Assembly: GCA_951406725.2 (NCBI GenBank)
Contig: OX597827.1
Span: 24,552,001-24,616,000 of the forward strand
From: Octopus vulgaris
Taxonomy: Eukaryota
Length of the DNA stretch: 64,000 bases
Direction: 5' to 3'
The translations under genes were made by a program, and so were the position numbers. The notes below the pieces were generated by a model, which made no database searches, was not told where the DNA came from, and was given only the letters and a program-made list of their open reading frames with translations. This document shows positions 57,477-64,000 of the stretch, one piece after another (position 1 is the first letter of the stretch; every line of letters starts with the position of its first letter).

Positions 57477-59181
57477 ACAAGGTGCATTCCAGGATTTTAG
57501 AGACTTTTTTCAGGAGAGGCAGTTGTAACTGTTGTAGATTATTGTAAACTTAGTATATCATTGCAATACATCTAAGAAGCTGACCTGCCAATGTTTGTTA
57601 TTCCAGACTGGAGGAAATGGCTGTAACAACACTTTGAACACTCCTTACTAAGCACTGCTCCACACAGCTAACTAGCTTGCAGTTTTTTAGCCAGTTTGGA
57701 GACTGTTGGTGTACCACTTATTTTGTAATGGTTTTTATCTTATTTATATGTTTCCTATTTGGAAATAAATAATAAACATATTTTTCTTTTGAAGTAGGAA
57801 TATATATTGATAAACACATCACTTATAACTTACTTATAAGTGTTACCATTATACATAAATCCTGATTCCAGCTACATAAACGCCACGGCGAGACATATAT
57901 ACTCTGAAATGCTAATGGACATTTTATGCGTGCATGTATGTTGAAGATAAATAAATTTGTGTTCTTTTAACCGCTATAAAAAATACACAGTTTTATAATT
58001 GCAGAAATAAATTTCATTAACAAGTTGAAGAACGTGAAGAAAGAGAAAATAATTACTACGTTATTTTATTTATGTACATTTAGCATTTTTAATACAATTG
58101 GAAAGTAAAGTTATTTTGTCATAGAGAATTACGACTAGAAATTCACATTAGCTAATCCTTCATACTAACTACTAGAGTTCACAACAATTCGAATAAGTCT
58201 TGTTGGATTTAAGTCCTACACATGGCATAAAAAATAGCCAATATCTCAAGGAGTGAGTGTCGTGGAGTTGAGTAACATCCAACGATCACTATTGTGAGTG
58301 TCGTGGAGTTTAGAAACATCCTACGATCACTGATTAATTTCCCAAAAATCAGGGTTTTTATAACTACTCATATCCGAATTCTAAGAACTGTATTTCGTGA
58401 AAGATTTCTTTGATGAAAGTTTATAATTCGTATATGGGCAGTAATTTTAACCAATGGGATTACCAGTAATTATACTTGCTCGGGCAAATGACCATTACGT
58501 CATATTGCCGTCTTTTATGACTTGCTACAGCAAAATGCCATTGGGATGGGAAAACAATCTGGAGACTGACCAGGCAAATGAAGTTTAGTGTTAAACTGAG
58601 CAAAAAGGGAAACTTAGAAATGCTGTCGACTGCTGATGGATGAACTTGGACAAGTTGAGAATCTGTTTTTTTGCTGGCAAATGAAAGGCTAGGTAAAACA
58701 AGCTCACTGGGAAGCTCTTAATGGTCCCCTATTTTAACAGCCAGGGCATCATGTTCCTGCATTGGGCTCTCTCTGGACAGAAGGTCAACAAAGACTACTT
58801 TGTGGAGGTTTTTGAGAGAGTTCAGGAAGAGATTTCATTGCAAAAGGCCAGAGTGACTGCACCAGTTCACAATTCCATCCTGTCAATCAACTATTTGACA
58901 GAGATGGGCATCAGAACTGTTCCTCACTCTCTCTACAGCCCAGAACTTGCTCCCTGTGACTTTTGATTGGTCCCTAAGCTGAAAGATGATGAGGGCTATG
59001 ACAAGGATCCTGGACGCCTTCACTTTGGAGCAGTTCCACGGACCTTCACAAAATGGCTGGAGCACTACAACAGATGCACTGAAGTCATAAGACCCTATTG
59101 AAGGATTTTAGAGTTTAGTATTTTTTTGACATTAATAAATGTATCTCCTGATAAAAGCCAAAACTGCTGGAATGCAACTTG
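57477..59181 (+). mobile_element. Old mariner remnant with an internal AT-rich insertion
   Basis: Termini CAAGGTGCATTCCAG and CTGGAATGCAACTTG; 58721-58985 encodes GQKVNKDYF..TAPVH..VPHSLYSPELAPCDF*LVPKLK. Confidence 0.65.
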
Positions 59182-59404
59182 ATCAGTTTATTTAAATTGT
59201 ATTGTTCTACAATGCTTATGAGTCAAGGATGGTCAGTTAAGGAATTCCTTTCTCAACTATGAAATATAGTCCCAGCTCTGATGCACATTGGGCAACTGTC
59301 CTCTGCTTCAGTCTTAGACTGTCAGGTTGACCGATAATTCTAAAGTGGAATTTGGTAGATGGTAAATATATGAAAGTCTGGTCAAAACAGTTGTAATGTA
59401 AACT

Positions 59405-60130
59405 TTCATCATCATCATCATTTAACGTCCGTTTTCCATATTGGCATGGGTTGGACGGTTTCACTGGGGTCTGGAAAACCAGGAGGCAGCACCAGACTGC
59501 AGTCTGATCTGGCAATGTTTCTACAGCTGGATGCCCTTCCTAATGCCAACCACTCTGAGAGTTTAGTGGGTGCTTTTTACGTGCAACCGGCACGGGAGCC
59601 AGTCAAGGCAGTGCTGGCATCGGCCATGTTTGGAAGGTGCTTTTTATGCACCACTGGCACAAAAGTCAGTCAGGGTTAGGGGGCTGGTATCGACCACATT
59701 CGGATGGTGCTTTTTACGCACCACTGACACAGGGACTGCAACTACAATTTCCATTTGATTGTGATTTCATTTGATGTTGATGTACTTTGACTCAATAGGT
59801 CTCCTCAAGCATGGAATGTTACCCTACGATCAAAGGGTACTTTTTGAGTTGGCTGGTTATGTGACACTGGTGTAGGTTACAGCTGTGACCTCACTTTATT
59901 CGCCAGGTCTTCTCAGTCACAGCATATCTCCAGAGGTCTCTGTCTTTCATCATTTTCTCTTTGAGGCCCAACATTCGAAGGTCATGCTTCACCACCTCAT
60001 CCCAGGTCTTCCTGGGTCTCCCTCTACCCCGGATTCCTTCAACTGTTTGGGAGTGGCACTTCTTCACACAGCTCTCCTCATCCATCTGTAGTACATGACG
60101 ATACCAATGCAAACATCTCTCTTGCATGCA
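59405..60130 (-). mobile_element. RTE-clade LINE 3' fragment
   Basis: QERCLHWYRHVLQMDEESCVKKC..GRGRPRKTWDEVVKHDLRMLGL plus UTR and tail. Confidence 0.85.
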
Positions 60131-62053
60131 GTCTACTTTGTATTGAGTGCTACATACGAAAATATTCCAATTTGATTGAACCAGTTTCAGCAAAGTAAAT
60201 CCTCAATCATCCATCATTATTAAAAAAAGGGAAAAAATGGCTCAACATCACTTACAATGATGAGGGTTCCAGTTGATCTGCAACTGCCTGCTCATGAAAG
60301 TAACATACAAGTGGCTGAGTATCCCACAGACATGCATACCCTTAATGCAGCTCTCAGGGAGATTCACTGTGACAGAGAAAGAATGAAAGCAAGAACCAGT
60401 TGTGGCAGCATTTGAAATCAGAACATAAAGTCGAAAGAAATATCACCAAGCTTTGTGCCAGTGCTGATTCTGCTAGCTCACTGCCTTGACGGATGCACGC
60501 ACGCACGCACGCACATTGCCGGTTCTTTCGAGAGAGGCCATAGGTCAATGTGTTTAGGGTCTGAAGAAATGCTGTAAAGCTCAGCGCTTTATGGATGTGA
60601 AACTCAGGGTAACCTCATAGACTGGCACTTGTGCTGGTGGCATGTGAAAGCACCCATTATACTCTTGGAGTGGCTGGTATTAGGAAGGGCATCCAACCAT
60701 AGAAAACCATACCAAATCAGACTAGAGTCTTGTGCATCCCCCACCAAATTGCCAGCTCAGGCCAAACTGTCCAACCCATGCCAGCATGGACAATGGATAT
60801 TAAAGGATGATGATGATGATGATGACTACGATGATATATATCATCATCATCATCATCACCATGCTGGCGTGGGCTGGACAGTTTGACCTGAGCTGGCAAT
60901 CAGGTGGAGGCTGCACCAGACTGGTCTACTTTGGTAGGTTTCTACAGCTGGATGCCCTTCCTAATGCCAACCACTTTACAGAGTGGACTCGGTGCTTTTA
61001 GCGTGCCACTGGCATGGGCACTTTGACATGGTGCCAGCATGAGTGCTTTTGATGTGGCATTGGCACCAGACTCTTGTAGATAGCATGTGTCTGGAGGCAG
61101 ATAGTTTAGTGGTCAAGGTGTTGCACTCTTGCAGTTTCGATTCCTCAGCCACACAACATGCTGCTCGATGTGGAGATTGAACCCATGGCCTAGCAATTGT
61201 GAGTGCAATGGCCTAATCACTAGGCCACATACCTTCGCACACATACACACACACACATACACATATATACTCTCACATACACACACACATATATACTCAC
61301 ACACATACACACATACTCACAAATACACATAGTCCCACATACACACTCATACCCCCACACATATACTTACACACACACGCACATGTGCACACGAAAGCAT
61401 AAAACAGTAAAACCACCAGCAGTTACAGAATGAAGGACTCAATACATATATATAGGCTCAAATACTGATTATAACAAGGGTCACCATTTCTTTGATATTT
61501 AGACCATGTGTGTGTGTGTGCTAGTGTGTGTGTGTGAGTATATGTGTGTGAGTATATATGTGTGTGAGAATATATGTGTGTGCGTGTGAGAATATATATG
61601 TGTGTGTGTGAGAGAATATGTGTGTGTGTGTGTGAGAATATATATGTGTGTGTGTGTGAGAGAATATATGCGTGCATGTGTGTGTGAGAGAATATATGCG
61701 TGCATGTGTGTGTGTGAGAATATATATGTGTTTGTGCGTGTGGGCGTGCGTGTACATGTCTATATTGTAGGTCTAAACATTACATCAAAGATTTATTTAT
61801 TGTTTGTTTTTTCTATCAAAAGAAACTGACTTGAAAGGAGGAAACTTGCAAAAGACAGATGTTAGAAGCAATTAAAATCGAGTTGTTGCTTTGAAAACTT
61901 ATTTAAAAGCAACAGAGAAGACCAAAGCTGAGCAGACCTATTTTTTGAAGGAGACTAAAATACAAGGTTCGACTGGACAGGACGAATGAGAGAGTCAGGA
62001 GGGGAAAAGGAGATTTATGTAAACAAAAGGAATTCCTGAGTCAGCTTTCGTTC

Positions 62054-62463
<410 letters not shown>

Positions 62464-62926
62464 GAACGAAGAAGGAATTATTATTTGTATTTAATCTTTC
62501 TTAAGAACAATAAGCTTTGGTTGGTACTGTAGCCTATTTTCTTTGGTCTTGAATACTGGTTTCTTGAGTTTCAGAAAGAGGAGGGAGAGAGAGAGAGAGA
62601 GGGTGGGGGGAGAGATAGAGAGATAGAAAGAGAGGGGTGAGATGGTGAGAGAGAGAGACAGATGGAAAGAGTGAGAGAAGGAGAGCAGGAAAGATACAAT
62701 TATGTTCAAAACAATTGGCAACGTTAAAATTAGATGTTTGTGTGTACAAATACATGTACTCGTACATGTGCACACACACACACACACGTTTATATATGTA
62801 TGTGTATATATATAGGTATACATATATATATGTGTGTGTGTGTGTGTATGTGTCTGAATGTATATATATAGGTATATCTGTCTATGTTTATCTATCTATC
62901 TGTTGGTCTGTCTATCTAAAGAAACA

Positions 62927-63042
<116 letters not shown>

Positions 63043-63094
63043 CGTCCGTCCGTCCGTCCGTCTATCTATCTATCTATCTATATATCTATCTATA

Positions 63095-63133
<39 letters not shown>

Positions 63134-63188
63134 ATATCTATCTATCTATCTATCTATATATCTATCTATACACACACACACACACACA

Positions 63189-64000
63189 TTGGGTCAAGTC
63201 ATAAATAATTTCAGTTTTTTGGAAGTAAATTGTAACGATGCATTTTGAACTTCCAGGTGTTTAAAATTGAAATGGAAGTTACTGTTTCTAAAAGAGCCTT
63301 CATCTGTCATTCGTATTTAAGCAGGTAAAACATGCACATCAGATTTTAATATTAAATTTCCCTCCCCTAAAATGGATAAACTGAAAGTGCATATTCGACA
63401 TGTGATATTGCAGAAGATTAAGAATGGTAAAATATGCAACAGAAGCAGCTGAGAAAATATGCAGTGGTTGGCTATAGCAAGGCGTCATTTCTGAATGGCA
63501 AGTGCGAAATTGGTTTTCAAAGTTTTGTTCCAGAGATTTGTCATTGAGAGACAACTCAGATCATGATGCTCATCAGACTTTGATCAAGAAACTTTAAAAG
63601 AACTGGTGGCATTCAATCCTTGTAAAAATACTCAGGAATTAGCATTTCACCTGATCACATCCTAATCCACCATCTGTTGCCACTTGGAAAAGTCAGAAAG
63701 TTGGGGGTATAGGTTCCTCAAACTGTTAGTGAGGAGAATAGGGAAGATCGCATGTCCATAGCGACAAGTCTTCTTCCAAGACAGAGAAATTGCTTCTCAA
63801 TAATATCTTCACAGGTGATGAAAAATGGGTTTTTTATGACAATGTTCAATGCAAAAGGCAGTGGACTGACAAGGATAAATCTCCATAAGCTACCTTAAAG
63901 GCTGAGCTCCACTGAATGAAGGTTATATTGTGTGTATGGTGGGATCACTGTGATATTATTCATTTTGAGATTTTAAACCACAACCAAACACTAAATGCTG
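63189..64000 (+). mobile_element. Decayed mariner element, cut by the window end
   Basis: Probable TIR TTGGGTCAAGTCATAAATAATTTCAG; from 63372 MDKLKVHIRHVIL..QVRNWFSKF..FTGDEKWVFYDN..KVILCVWWD with stops and frameshifts. Confidence 0.85.

Overview
AT-rich eukaryotic DNA dominated by (TA)n, (GATA)n, (CA)n and (AAT)n microsatellites and interspersed repeats; the repeat repertoire suggests an octopus or other coleoid cephalopod genome (inference). Almost all long ORFs in the track are translated microsatellites. Supportable elements are two full-length but disrupted Tc1/mariner transposons (9761-11052, 12440-14071) and several mariner/Tc1/hAT/piggyBac/Helentron remnants. There are also LINE fragments of the CR1, RTE, L1/Tx1 and R4/Dong types, Penelope-like (PLE) RT/EN fragments, and many tRNA-derived SINEs. 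The strongest hidden signal is about 15 minimal type I hammerhead-ribozyme motifs (CUGANGA-stem II-GAAA-palindromic stem III-UH), many decayed, from several sequence families. They sit in non-coding islands next to (TA)n tracts, either as inverted pairs (11.2, 18.6, 27.1, 48.4 kb) or as an apparently perfect 562-bp tandem dimer (24125-25291), consistent with PLE-derived or retrozyme-like elements. A candidate two-exon 79-aa microprotein gene lies on the minus strand (33751-33682 joined to 31015-30846). All structures were folded and aligned by eye; no searches were run.
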